A stretch of DNA of 46,950 nt from NCBI GenBank assembly GCA_035484495.1, contig DATHOW010000187.1, positions 1 through 46,950 on the forward strand, in the 5' to 3' direction. Below, one piece after another: positions 26,793-36,562 of the stretch. Under the pieces are notes generated by a model that saw only the letters and a program-made list of their open reading frames with translations, was not told where the DNA came from and ran no database searches. The number at the start of each line of letters is the position of its first letter. Positions within the stretch are counted from its first letter, which is position 1. This stretch comes from Bacteroidia bacterium. GTDB taxonomy: Bacteria > Bacteroidota > Bacteroidia > B-17B0 > Aurantibacillaceae. A program made the position numbers and the translations under genes.

Positions 26793-29700
26793 GTGTACGT
26801 TGTTCTTAAAAATACCTTATTAGCTGGAGCGGCCACAAGTATGTTTGCTCTTATTACCCTATCCGGTAATAAAACTGCTAAGCTTTTGCCTGAAAAACCG
26901 GGTAGAGAGGCTATTAACCCATTTATTAAAACCACCGTAAAAGATACCCCGCCGGAAGAAGGGATAACTAACGATGATTTACGTTACCCAATTAGAGATA
27001 ATGATTATGGCGAGCCTGTTTACAACCCAAAGGCTCCTATGCAGCTTAATAGCGCTTCTAACATAAAAACTACAACTACTTATAACCCCAAGGATAGCAG
27101 TTATACATTCGAACAAAAAATGGGTGCCCTTAATTACAGACCACCTATTTACATGACGGAAGAAGAGTATAAAGATTATCAGTTTAAACAACAGGTAAAA
27201 AGCTACTGGAAATCTCGTACACAGGCCGATTCTAAAAGTGATCCAACAAAAAAACAACTTATCCCTCAATTAAAAGTTGGTGGTGAGTTATTCGATCGTT
27301 TATTTGGTGGCAACACAGTAGATATACGCCCAACAGGAAGTGCAGAGCTTTTGTTTGGTGTAATTACAAACAGAAATGAAAACCCGGCAATTCCGCAAAA
27401 GCAGCGTAAAATTTCCAACTTCGATTTTAACATGAAAATTCAGTTAAACATTGTGGGAAAAATAGGAGAGAAACTAAAGCTTACTACCAACTACAATACA
27501 GAGGCATCCTTTGATTTTGAAAACCAAATTAAAATTCAGTATACCGGAACAGAAGATGAGATTTTGAAAAAGGTAGAAGCAGGTAATGTTAATCTACCCC
27601 TTAACAGCTCGCTTATTACAGGAAGCCAAACTTTATTTGGGGTTAAAACCACTATGCAGTTTGGTAAATTAACAGCTACCGCTTTAGTTGCTCAGGAGCG
27701 GGGTAAAAAAACAGAATTAAATGTGCAAAACGGCGCACAAACCATGACTTACACGGTGCAGGCAGATAATTATGAGGCCAACCGACATTATTTTTTAGCG
27801 CAATATTTTAGAGATCATTATAACAGTTGGTTAGCTAATACTCCTATTGTACAATCGCCTATACAAATCACAAAAATTGAGGTGTATGTAACAAACCGTA
27901 CCAGTCAGTTTGACCAAGCACGTAACATTGCCGCTTTTGCCGATTTAGGAGAAGACACAAGCCATGTTTTTTATGCCAATAAACATAACGGCAGTTTAAA
28001 ATATAACATTACAGATACTCCGTATGCCAATATATCGGGTGTGGCGCAAATACCATATCCTAGAAACTCAAAAAACAACTTATACAAAAACTTATTAGAC
28101 ACATTTAAAATTACCGCGACAACAGGTGGAGAAGGACCCCTAAGAGAAAGAAGTTATAATACAGCTGTGGCAAACCTTACGGCTATAATAGATCCTTTAA
28201 CAAATCAACAAGTGTTTAATGCCGGCAGAGAATTTGAGGTTCTTACCCGTGCTCGTCGTTTAAATCCTGCTACCGATTATTATTTAAATCCCCGTTTGGG
28301 CTATATATCATTGAACACAGCGCTGAATTATGATGAGGTGTTATCGGTTTCATATCAATATATATTAAACGGTAAGACATATCAGGTGGGTGAGTTTTCA
28401 GACCAGTTCCCATCTACCGACCAATTAATAATAACCAAACTATTAAAAAGCACGCAGCTTAATACACAAATACCCATGTGGGATTTGATGATGAAAAACG
28501 TTTACACACTTGGCGCTTATTCATTAAGCTCAACCAACTTCCAATTAAATATAGTTTACAACAATATTAAAACAGGTGTAGATATACCCTATATACCTTA
28601 TGGTTCTATGAATGGGCAGTTATTAATTCAAAAATTGGGTTTAGACCGCATTAACCAAAACCAAGATAGGGTACCTGATGGTTATTTTGATTTTATACCA
28701 AACGTAACTGTTAATCCACAAAACGGCAGAATTTATTTTACCGGTATAGAACCTTTTGGTAATGATTTAAGGCGTGCGTTTGCTGCTGATACGCTTAACC
28801 ATGCAGCAGATGTAAATGGATTTATTTTTCAAGAGTTGTATGATTCTACCAAAATATCTGCACAACAGTTGCCTAATAAAGATAGGTTTAAATTAAAGGG
28901 TTCTTATCAATCAGCTACCAGTAATGAGTTTTCGTTAAATTCAATGAACATACCGCAAGGTTCAGTCCGTGTAACGGCAGGCGGTGTAGCCTTAACCGAA
29001 AACGTAGATTATACGGTTGATTATACTATGGGTAAGGTAAAAATTATCAACGAAAGTGTTTTAAACTCGGGGCAAGCCATAAAAATTACAGCAGAAAATA
29101 ACTCACTTTTTAATGTACAGCAAAAAAGCATGTATGGTGCTCGCTTTGACTATAAGTACAGTAAAGATTTAGCTTTAGGAGGAACTGTTTTACACTATGG
29201 TGAGCGACCGCTTACGCAAAAAGTTAACATAGGTGATGAGCCCGTGTCTAACACTATGTTAGGCATAGATTATAACTATCGCGCTAACGCACCTTGGCTT
29301 ACACGTTTAGTAGATAAAATACCGCTTATACAAACTAAAGAACCATCATCTATACAGCTATCGGGCGAGGGAGCTGATTTGATACCGGGGCACTCTAAAG
29401 CTATTTCTAATAATGGTGGAACATCGTACATAGATGATTTTGAAGGAAGTGTTTCTACTATCGATTTGCGTAGTTCTAGCGCTTGGTTTCATGCTTCTAT
29501 TCCCGAAGGGCAACCAAATTTATTTCCTGAAACAGCAATCGGAAATTCTGATAGTATAAAAACCGGAATTAACCGCGCTAAAATAGCTTGGTATACAGTC
29601 GATCAATCTGTTTTTTATCAAAAATCAACACTTACTCCTCCGCAAACAACTTTGCCGGCGCAAAGCAACCATTTTATGGAAGCTTTTTTTGAAAGCGATT

Positions 29701-32700
29701 TATTTCCGAAAAAAACGCCGCCAAATGGTCAGCCGCAATTGTTGCCTATGTTAGATGTAGCATTTTATCCTAACGAGCGCGGACCATATAACTACGACAC
29801 TAAACCAACACATATTTCTGCGGGGATTAATGTTGCTGAATCGAACATTGAAAAAACAATTATATTAAACAAACCCGAAACGCGTTGGGGTGGTATAATG
29901 CGAAGCCTTACTACAAACGATTTTCAGGCATCGAACATAGAGTACATACAGTTTTGGATGATGGATCCTTTTAACGAAGATTATAATAACCAAACACAAT
30001 CGCAATACAACACTTTCCACCAAGCACCACCAACCAACGGAGAATTATATTTTAACCTAGGTAGCGTATCAGAAGATATTTTAAAAGATGGAAGTATGGC
30101 TTACGAAAATGGTATCCCATCACCGGCTAGCCCAAACTATCAAGTTCAAAATTCGCCATGGGGAAAATATCCTGCATCACCACCATACGTAAATGCTTTT
30201 GATATAGACCCTACAACAAGGCCTTACCAGGATGTTGGTTACGATTGTCTTGGAGATGTGAACGGTACAGGGGGCATAAATGAAGGAACTTATTTTGCCA
30301 ATTACAAAAACGAACTTACGGGATTGCATGTTACGGGCGACAACGAAGCTTTTGCTGACCCATCAGGAGATAACTACCATTTTTATAGAGGAGATGATTA
30401 TGATAAACTTGTTGCCCCCAAAGGCAGTATGCTTGATAGATATAAAAAATACAACAACGTAGAGGGTAACTCGCCTACACAAACACAGTATCAGGGTCAA
30501 AACAGTGGAGGTTATTCTACCGTAGCAATTACTTCACCTAACATTGAGGATATTAATAAAGATAATACACTTAACCAATCAGAATCATACTATCAGTATA
30601 AAGTAAAAATAACTCCGCAAGACATTAATCCCAATAATATAGGTAACAACTATATTGTAAACGTAATCCCTGTAACCAAACAAGGTGCAGATGGTGTACA
30701 GCGCACCGTAAATTTTTACCAATTTAAAATACCAATTACCGATTACAACTCAAAAATTGGTGGCATAGAAGGGTATAATGCGATTCGTTTTATGCGAATG
30801 TTTACTAAAAGTTTTAGTGCGCCGGTAGTAATGCGTTTTGCTCGTTTAGAGCTTGTGCGTAGCGATTGGCGTGTGTATCAACAAACCCTATCTACACCAA
30901 CAGGCGGTTTACAAACCGATAACGAAACCGAGTTTGATGTATCGGCTGTTAGTTATCAGGAAAACGGAACACGTACTCCTATTGATTATGTATTACCTCC
31001 GGGCATTAACCAACAGCAAAACGTACAAACAACTAATTTGGTTTTATTAAACGAGCAATCACTTTCATTACGTGTATCAAACTTAAAAGATGGCGATGCA
31101 CGGGCTGTATATAAAAATATTACCAGCTTAGATGCCCGTTCGTACAAAAACATACGGATGTTTGTGCACGCTGAAAAATTAAACAACCAACCTTTAAACG
31201 ATGGTGATGTACACATGTTTATGCGTATAGGAAGCGATTTTACCAATAACTATTATGTGTATGAAGTTCCGGTAAAATTAACCGCACCGGGCACTTACGA
31301 TAATGCAAACGATAACGATAAATCAAAAGTTTGGCCTACAGCCAACGAGGTGGTTATTAATTTAGATGAAATAACAAGCAGGAAATTAGACAGAAACGCC
31401 AATAATATACCAACTACGGGTACTGATATAAAGCCCTCAAGCTTCAACACGGCTCATCTTGTAGGGGTAGTAGGAGAACCCAACATGGGTGCCATAACAA
31501 GTATTATGATTGGGATTGAAAACCCACTTACGCCTACAAATCCAAAAGCAATGACGGCCGAAATATGGGTAGATGAGCTTCGGGTTACAGATTTTAATCA
31601 ACACGGCGGGCAAGCGGCTATAAGTAAAGTAACCGCTAAATTGGCTGATTTTGGACAGGTCTCTTTATCGGGGCAAGTCTCCACACCTTTTTTCGGTAGT
31701 ATAGATGCTAAGCCTAGCGATAGAAGTAGGCAATCGGTAAAGCAATATGCTTTAAACGGAACCTTTCAGTTAGGAAAATTTTTACCGAAAGATTGGAAGA
31801 TAAACTTGCCTATATATGTGGCGCAATCCGAAATTTTTAACACGCCACAATATGACCCTACCAATGGCGATGTATTAATGAGTAATATAAGCACGGATCA
31901 AAAACATTATACACAAGATGAGGTTAATCACATAAAAAACCGTGCAGTTGATTATACGCGACAGCGAGGCATAAACTTTACCAATGTAAGCAAGCAACGA
32001 AGTAAAAACAAAACCAAAATGTATCCGTGGGATGTAGAAAACCTTTCGGCCACTTATGCTTTTACCGAACAATATAAAGTGAACGTAACTACTGCTTGGA
32101 GTTTTAACCGAAACTACAACGGCTTACTTAATTATAATTACCAGGCACCCATAAAGAGTTTCGAGCCGTTTAAAAACTCTAAAGCCGCTATATTGCAAAG
32201 CCCTTGGCTAGCGCTTATAAAAGAAATGAATGTGAAGCCGCTACCGGGGCAATTTAACTTTAGTACCAATGTTACCCGAACGTATATAGAATCAAGGGCA
32301 CGAGACATTACCAGTGAACAAAGTGGACAAAAAGATTATACCCAAACACAGTATAACAAAACATTTAATGTAACGCGTAACTATGCTACCCGCTGGGATT
32401 TAACCAAAAACATTAAGCTGGATATAACAGCCACAAACTTAGGACGTGTGCTTGAAAACCCAGGAACACCCGGTACCAACGTAACACATAGTGACAGACA
32501 ACATGTAGAACAAAATTTAGTTGTTAAAGGCGGAACAAACACAAACTATAACCAAACAACCAACTTAAATGTATTGCTGCCACTTAATAAAATACCGGCA
32601 TTAGATTTTATTACGCAGGCATCGGGTAAGTACACAGCTAATTACCAATGGCAACGTCGCCCGTTTGCAGTAGATACAATTGGTAACACCATTCAAAACG

Positions 32701-34466
32701 CGCAAACACAAGCATATACTACACAGCTAAACATGGTAAACCTGTATAATAAAATACCATATTTAAAGCGCTTAAATCAAAATTTACCTAAGCCTAAAAA
32801 GGATAAGAAAAAAGCAGACGACAAGAAAAAAACGGATGGTAAACCAGACCCAAACAATCCGCTGGATAAAAACAAACCACCTACCGCCGGCACTAACACA
32901 TTAACCGCTAAGCCTGATACCTCTAAAAAGAAAGATTCAAACCCATTAGAAATATTTGATCACTTGGCGCGGGTGCTAATGACGCTTAAACAAATTTCGG
33001 CCAATTATAATATTACACAAGGAACTACGCTACCTGGTTTTGCCCCCGAGGCCAGTATTTTGGGTACATCTAACAATGGCAATAACGGTCAATTTGGTGC
33101 ACCCGGCTTAGGTTTTGTATTTGGCGGTAACCAAGGTAAAATGGCGACCAGTAGTTCTGATATACAGTCGTCGGGAGCTACCGGTATTGTAAAAGAGGCA
33201 GAAAATAAAAACTGGCTAGTACACCGGCAAAACTTCTCTACCCAATATTTACACACAAAAACACAAACATTTAATTACTCAGCAAACGTAGAGCCCATTA
33301 AAAGTTTAAAAATTACGCTTACCGGTAACATGACACATGGACAAACCGAAAGTTATTTTATTGGGCACCATGATACTGATTTAACAACTCATCTATATAA
33401 ACCGGGCTATGACCATTACACCCCTGTTTTTGGTGGAAATTATAGTATATCTACTATTACACTCGGCCACTATTCAATTTTTAAAGATGACGAAGCTGGT
33501 ACCCATAATAGTCACATATTTGATAATTATTTGAGTCTTACATCGGATTATGCACACATATTGTCTACCCAAAACACCAATTCGAAAGGGGTAGAAGGAA
33601 AGCATTATGATGGATATGGTTCGGACCAACAAGAGGTTGTAATTGGGGCTTTTATTTCAGCATACACAGGTCACAAAACAGCTACTGCTAAAAACACCGG
33701 AGATAATATGTTTAAAAAAATACCACTACCCGGTTGGAATTTGACTTATGATGGTTTGGGTAAAATGCCGGCGGTAAAAAAATATTTTAAATCGGTTGTA
33801 CTTACGCATGGCTATAGGTCAACATTAAGTTATGGCTCTTATACCAACAACCAGGCGTATAATCCTAATCATAATGCACGTGTAAGTCAAGATTCTGCTA
33901 CGGGTTCTACATCTAACTTTGTTTCACAATATGTAATGAACACTATTACAGTTTCCGAATCATTCTCTCCTTTAATTAAGGTTAACTTTATGTTTGTTGA
34001 TAAAGGAAAAATAAAAGGGCTTGGAGCTAACTTCGAAATTAAGCGCGACCATATATCAACCTTGTCATCAAACGTGCCGCAAGTAATGGATTTGCATAGT
34101 AGTGAGTATAACATTGGCACCACATATACCCTGCCTCAGGTTGAAATTAAACGACTAAAAATACGAGGCAAACCACTTAAGAGCGATTTATTATCGACGG
34201 TAACTTTATCATTCAGGCAAACACAAACAGCCATTAGAAAAGCGGTAGATGTGCCTACGACCAATGGCATTGCCACCGAACAAGTAAGTCAAATAAGTGC
34301 CGGGCAAAACATAACTACCATAAAAGTATCGCTTACTTATTCGCTTACGCAAAATGTAAACCTGCGTATTTATTATGACAGAACAATTAATAAACCGGTT
34401 ATATCAACTTCGTTCCCAACACAAACAACTAATGCGGGTCTTAGCCTACGATTTGTTATACAGTAA
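26793..34466 (+). CDS. sprA: T9SS outer-membrane translocon SprA/Sov
   Basis: 2557 aa; FDRLFGGNTVDIRPTG, VEAGNVNLPLNSSLITGSQTLFG, YIDDFEGS, RWGGIMR, WVDELR; lies between ruvA and gcvH. Confidence 0.95.
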   Translation: MYVVLKNTLLAGAATSMFALITLSGNKTAKLLPEKPGREAINPFIKTTVKDTPPEEGITNDDLRYPIRDNDYGEPVYNPKAPMQLNSASNIKTTTTYNPKDSSYTFEQKMGALNYRPPIYMTEEEYKDYQFKQQVKSYWKSRTQADSKSDPTKKQLIPQLKVGGELFDRLFGGNTVDIRPTGSAELLFGVITNRNENPAIPQKQRKISNFDFNMKIQLNIVGKIGEKLKLTTNYNTEASFDFENQIKIQYTGTEDEILKKVEAGNVNLPLNSSLITGSQTLFGVKTTMQFGKLTATALVAQERGKKTELNVQNGAQTMTYTVQADNYEANRHYFLAQYFRDHYNSWLANTPIVQSPIQITKIEVYVTNRTSQFDQARNIAAFADLGEDTSHVFYANKHNGSLKYNITDTPYANISGVAQIPYPRNSKNNLYKNLLDTFKITATTGGEGPLRERSYNTAVANLTAIIDPLTNQQVFNAGREFEVLTRARRLNPATDYYLNPRLGYISLNTALNYDEVLSVSYQYILNGKTYQVGEFSDQFPSTDQLIITKLLKSTQLNTQIPMWDLMMKNVYTLGAYSLSSTNFQLNIVYNNIKTGVDIPYIPYGSMNGQLLIQKLGLDRINQNQDRVPDGYFDFIPNVTVNPQNGRIYFTGIEPFGNDLRRAFAADTLNHAADVNGFIFQELYDSTKISAQQLPNKDRFKLKGSYQSATSNEFSLNSMNIPQGSVRVTAGGVALTENVDYTVDYTMGKVKIINESVLNSGQAIKITAENNSLFNVQQKSMYGARFDYKYSKDLALGGTVLHYGERPLTQKVNIGDEPVSNTMLGIDYNYRANAPWLTRLVDKIPLIQTKEPSSIQLSGEGADLIPGHSKAISNNGGTSYIDDFEGSVSTIDLRSSSAWFHASIPEGQPNLFPETAIGNSDSIKTGINRAKIAWYTVDQSVFYQKSTLTPPQTTLPAQSNHFMEAFFESDLFPKKTPPNGQPQLLPMLDVAFYPNERGPYNYDTKPTHISAGINVAESNIEKTIILNKPETRWGGIMRSLTTNDFQASNIEYIQFWMMDPFNEDYNNQTQSQYNTFHQAPPTNGELYFNLGSVSEDILKDGSMAYENGIPSPASPNYQVQNSPWGKYPASPPYVNAFDIDPTTRPYQDVGYDCLGDVNGTGGINEGTYFANYKNELTGLHVTGDNEAFADPSGDNYHFYRGDDYDKLVAPKGSMLDRYKKYNNVEGNSPTQTQYQGQNSGGYSTVAITSPNIEDINKDNTLNQSESYYQYKVKITPQDINPNNIGNNYIVNVIPVTKQGADGVQRTVNFYQFKIPITDYNSKIGGIEGYNAIRFMRMFTKSFSAPVVMRFARLELVRSDWRVYQQTLSTPTGGLQTDNETEFDVSAVSYQENGTRTPIDYVLPPGINQQQNVQTTNLVLLNEQSLSLRVSNLKDGDARAVYKNITSLDARSYKNIRMFVHAEKLNNQPLNDGDVHMFMRIGSDFTNNYYVYEVPVKLTAPGTYDNANDNDKSKVWPTANEVVINLDEITSRKLDRNANNIPTTGTDIKPSSFNTAHLVGVVGEPNMGAITSIMIGIENPLTPTNPKAMTAEIWVDELRVTDFNQHGGQAAISKVTAKLADFGQVSLSGQVSTPFFGSIDAKPSDRSRQSVKQYALNGTFQLGKFLPKDWKINLPIYVAQSEIFNTPQYDPTNGDVLMSNISTDQKHYTQDEVNHIKNRAVDYTRQRGINFTNVSKQRSKNKTKMYPWDVENLSATYAFTEQYKVNVTTAWSFNRNYNGLLNYNYQAPIKSFEPFKNSKAAILQSPWLALIKEMNVKPLPGQFNFSTNVTRTYIESRARDITSEQSGQKDYTQTQYNKTFNVTRNYATRWDLTKNIKLDITATNLGRVLENPGTPGTNVTHSDRQHVEQNLVVKGGTNTNYNQTTNLNVLLPLNKIPALDFITQASGKYTANYQWQRRPFAVDTIGNTIQNAQTQAYTTQLNMVNLYNKIPYLKRLNQNLPKPKKDKKKADDKKKTDGKPDPNNPLDKNKPPTAGTNTLTAKPDTSKKKDSNPLEIFDHLARVLMTLKQISANYNITQGTTLPGFAPEASILGTSNNGNNGQFGAPGLGFVFGGNQGKMATSSSDIQSSGATGIVKEAENKNWLVHRQNFSTQYLHTKTQTFNYSANVEPIKSLKITLTGNMTHGQTESYFIGHHDTDLTTHLYKPGYDHYTPVFGGNYSISTITLGHYSIFKDDEAGTHNSHIFDNYLSLTSDYAHILSTQNTNSKGVEGKHYDGYGSDQQEVVIGAFISAYTGHKTATAKNTGDNMFKKIPLPGWNLTYDGLGKMPAVKKYFKSVVLTHGYRSTLSYGSYTNNQAYNPNHNARVSQDSATGSTSNFVSQYVMNTITVSESFSPLIKVNFMFVDKGKIKGLGANFEIKRDHISTLSSNVPQVMDLHSSEYNIGTTYTLPQVEIKRLKIRGKPLKSDLLSTVTLSFRQTQTAIRKAVDVPTTNGIATEQVSQISAGQNITTIKVSLTYSLTQNVNLRIYYDRTINKPVISTSFPTQTTNAGLSLRFVIQ

Positions 34467-34476
34467 AAAAATCGCT

Positions 34477-34484
34477 TATATTTG
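34477..34484 (+). promoter_or_regulatory. -7 box (TATATTTG) upstream of gcvH
   Basis: Exact TAnnTTTG ending 19 nt before ATG 34504. Confidence 0.6.
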
Positions 34485-34503
34485 CGAGCATAAAATTTAA
34501 TCT

Positions 34504-34884
34504 ATGAACTTTCCTGAGAATTTAAAATACACCAAAGACCATGAATGGGTTAAGGTAGAAGGCAACACAGCTACTATTGGAATTACTGATTTTGCACAAA
34601 AAGAATTAGGCGATATTGTTTATGTTGATATAACAACCCTAAACGAAACAGTTGCAAAAGAAGTAGTTTTTGGTACGGTTGAAGCTGTTAAAACGGTTTC
34701 TGATTTATTTATGCCCATTACCGGAAAAATACTTGAAATAAACAGCAAAATAGATGCTAACCCCGAGCTTGTAAACAACGACCCTTATGGTGATGGTTGG
34801 ATGGTAAAGTGTAGCGTTGATAAAGCAGATGAGCTTAATGCCTTATTAAGCATTGCTGATTATAAAAAACTAGTAGGGGCTTAA
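34504..34884 (+). CDS. gcvH: Glycine cleavage system H protein
   Basis: [32 protein letters not shown] (lipoyl Lys), NNDPYGDGW. Confidence 0.97.
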   Translation: MNFPENLKYTKDHEWVKVEGNTATIGITDFAQKELGDIVYVDITTLNETVAKEVVFGTVEAVKTVSDLFMPITGKILEINSKIDANPELVNNDPYGDGWMVKCSVDKADELNALLSIADYKKLVGA

Positions 34885-34924
34885 AACCTATAAGTTTTTA
34901 CAAAAATGGAGCAACTAATTTCTT

Positions 34925-35767
34925 TTAAGGAACTTGATATAGTTCATCTTCCTTAGCGTAGTTTCTTTTCTTAAAACCTTTATAGGAACCCGAAAAGAAT
35001 AACTCAAGTTTTAATCCAACTAAGGTTTGTTTGGCATTAATGTCAAAAAAAGTGCTTACACCAATGCCGTAATCAAACTTTAGTTTATAAAAACATTGTA
35101 AGGCAGCATAAGCTCCAAGGCTGTTTAGCCTGACTTTAAGCGTATCAATGCCGGATGTTCGTAAATAATATCCATCCGAAAAAGATACCCCTCCATAAGC
35201 TGCCAACATATAGTTACATCTTTCTAAACGATAACCCCAGCCTGTGTGTAATTGTATGCAGTTGTTGTTCCATAAAGCAGGGCCAACCAGATTACCCCCT
35301 ATTTGAAAATATTTTTTCTCGGCATGAAAATTAAAATCGAACGCAGTACAAAGGTCTACCTCTTGCCAGCCACTATTGTAACATTTGCCTACACCCCCTG
35401 ATAGATAATTGTTGTATATGCGATAACGTTTGTTTTGAAGCACAATTTCTTTTTTTCTTTCAAACGTATCGCGATAAAGTTTAGTGAGCTCTTTATTCTC
35501 TCTTTTAAAATCAAGTTTTTGTTTAGGGTCTTTTAGCTTTTTAAATTTTTTTTGTTTTACAACTATGGGTGCTATTGTTTGTGTTTGTATGGGTTGTAAA
35601 GTTGTTGTGGGTGCTACTGTTTGTGTAGCAGTTGTGGTTGCCTTTGCAGTATCTGTTAATAAAGGTTGTACGGTTTGAGTAGTTGTTTTTACAGTATCAG
35701 CAACACTTTGAGCCTTTATACTACATGCCGAAATAAAAAAAACAATATAGAGTACCCATTTAATCAT
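34925..35767 (-). CDS. Hypothetical exported protein with Thr-rich stalk and probable beta-barrel-like C-terminal domain
   Basis: Signal peptide, TQTV.P repeats, Lys-rich segment, alternating aromatic/Gly strands. Confidence 0.72.
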   Translation of the reverse strand: MIKWVLYIVFFISACSIKAQSVADTVKTTTQTVQPLLTDTAKATTTATQTVAPTTTLQPIQTQTIAPIVVKQKKFKKLKDPKQKLDFKRENKELTKLYRDTFERKKEIVLQNKRYRIYNNYLSGGVGKCYNSGWQEVDLCTAFDFNFHAEKKYFQIGGNLVGPALWNNNCIQLHTGWGYRLERCNYMLAAYGGVSFSDGYYLRTSGIDTLKVRLNSLGAYAALQCFYKLKFDYGIGVSTFFDINAKQTLVGLKLELFFSGSYKGFKKRNYAKEDELYQVP

Positions 35768-35797
35768 GCAAGCAGCTAAGCTACGTAAAAAGAAAAA

Positions 35798-36454
35798 TTA
35801 AAGAACCATTTCGGGCACCTCGCCATCTACAATTAATTTGCCTGCGGTTGCGTTTTTAATTTGCTCGGTACTGATACCCGGAGCTCTTTCTAATAAACGG
35901 AAACCACCCTCTTTAGCAATTTCAAAAACACCAAACTCAGTAACAATTTTCTTTACGCATTTTACACCCGTTAAAGGCAGCGAACATTTTGGCAGTAGTT
36001 TTGATTCTCCGGCTTTGTTTACATGCTGCATAGCAACAATAATATTGTTGGCAGATGCCACTAAATCCATAGCACCACCCATGCCTTTTACCATTTTACC
36101 CGGAATTTTCCAATTAGCAATATCACCATGTTCACTAACTTCCATAGCGCCTAAAATAGTTAGGTTTACTTTTTGTGCGCGAATCATGCCAAAGCTCATA
36201 GCACTATCAAATATACTAGCGCCTTTAAGTAGGGTAACGGTTTGTTTACCGGCATTAATTAAATCAGCATCTTCTTCGCCTTCAAACGGAAAAGGTCCCA
36301 TGCCTAAAATGCCATTTTCACTTTGCATTTCAACACTCATGCCGGCAGGAATGTAGTTGGCTACCAGGGTTGGGATACCAATTCCTAGGTTAACAAACAT
36401 TCCGTCTTTTACTTCGCGTGCAATGCGTTTGGCAATTCCGTTTTTATCAAGCAT
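35798..36454 (-). CDS. scoB: 3-oxoacid CoA-transferase subunit B
   Basis: VNLGIGIPT, QSENG (catalytic Glu), INAGKQ, ANWKIPGKMVKGMGGAMDLV. Confidence 0.93.
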   Translation of the reverse strand: MLDKNGIAKRIAREVKDGMFVNLGIGIPTLVANYIPAGMSVEMQSENGILGMGPFPFEGEEDADLINAGKQTVTLLKGASIFDSAMSFGMIRAQKVNLTILGAMEVSEHGDIANWKIPGKMVKGMGGAMDLVASANNIIVAMQHVNKAGESKLLPKCSLPLTGVKCVKKIVTEFGVFEIAKEGGFRLLERAPGISTEQIKNATAGKLIVDGEVPEMVL

Positions 36455-36562
36455 GGTAAATTTTTATATGGCAGTAAAAATAGTAAACCTTATGGCTTTA
36501 TTAAAATTTTAATGCAACAGTTTTGTAGTGGTTAAAAAGCCAAGTAATGATGTAAAAAATGC

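Noticed and set aside
25510-26935. Antisense ORFs of 168 aa (25510-26016) and 186 aa (26375-26935)
   Set aside because: They lie opposite maeB and ruvA/sprA, have no recognisable motifs and look like codon shadows
23906-34884. maeB-ruvA-sprA-gcvH as a novel functional system
   Set aside because: I recognise this as common conserved Bacteroidota synteny of unrelated functions
35838-36356. 172-aa plus-strand ORF opposite scoB
   Set aside because: Fully antisense to a well-conserved gene, with no independent signal
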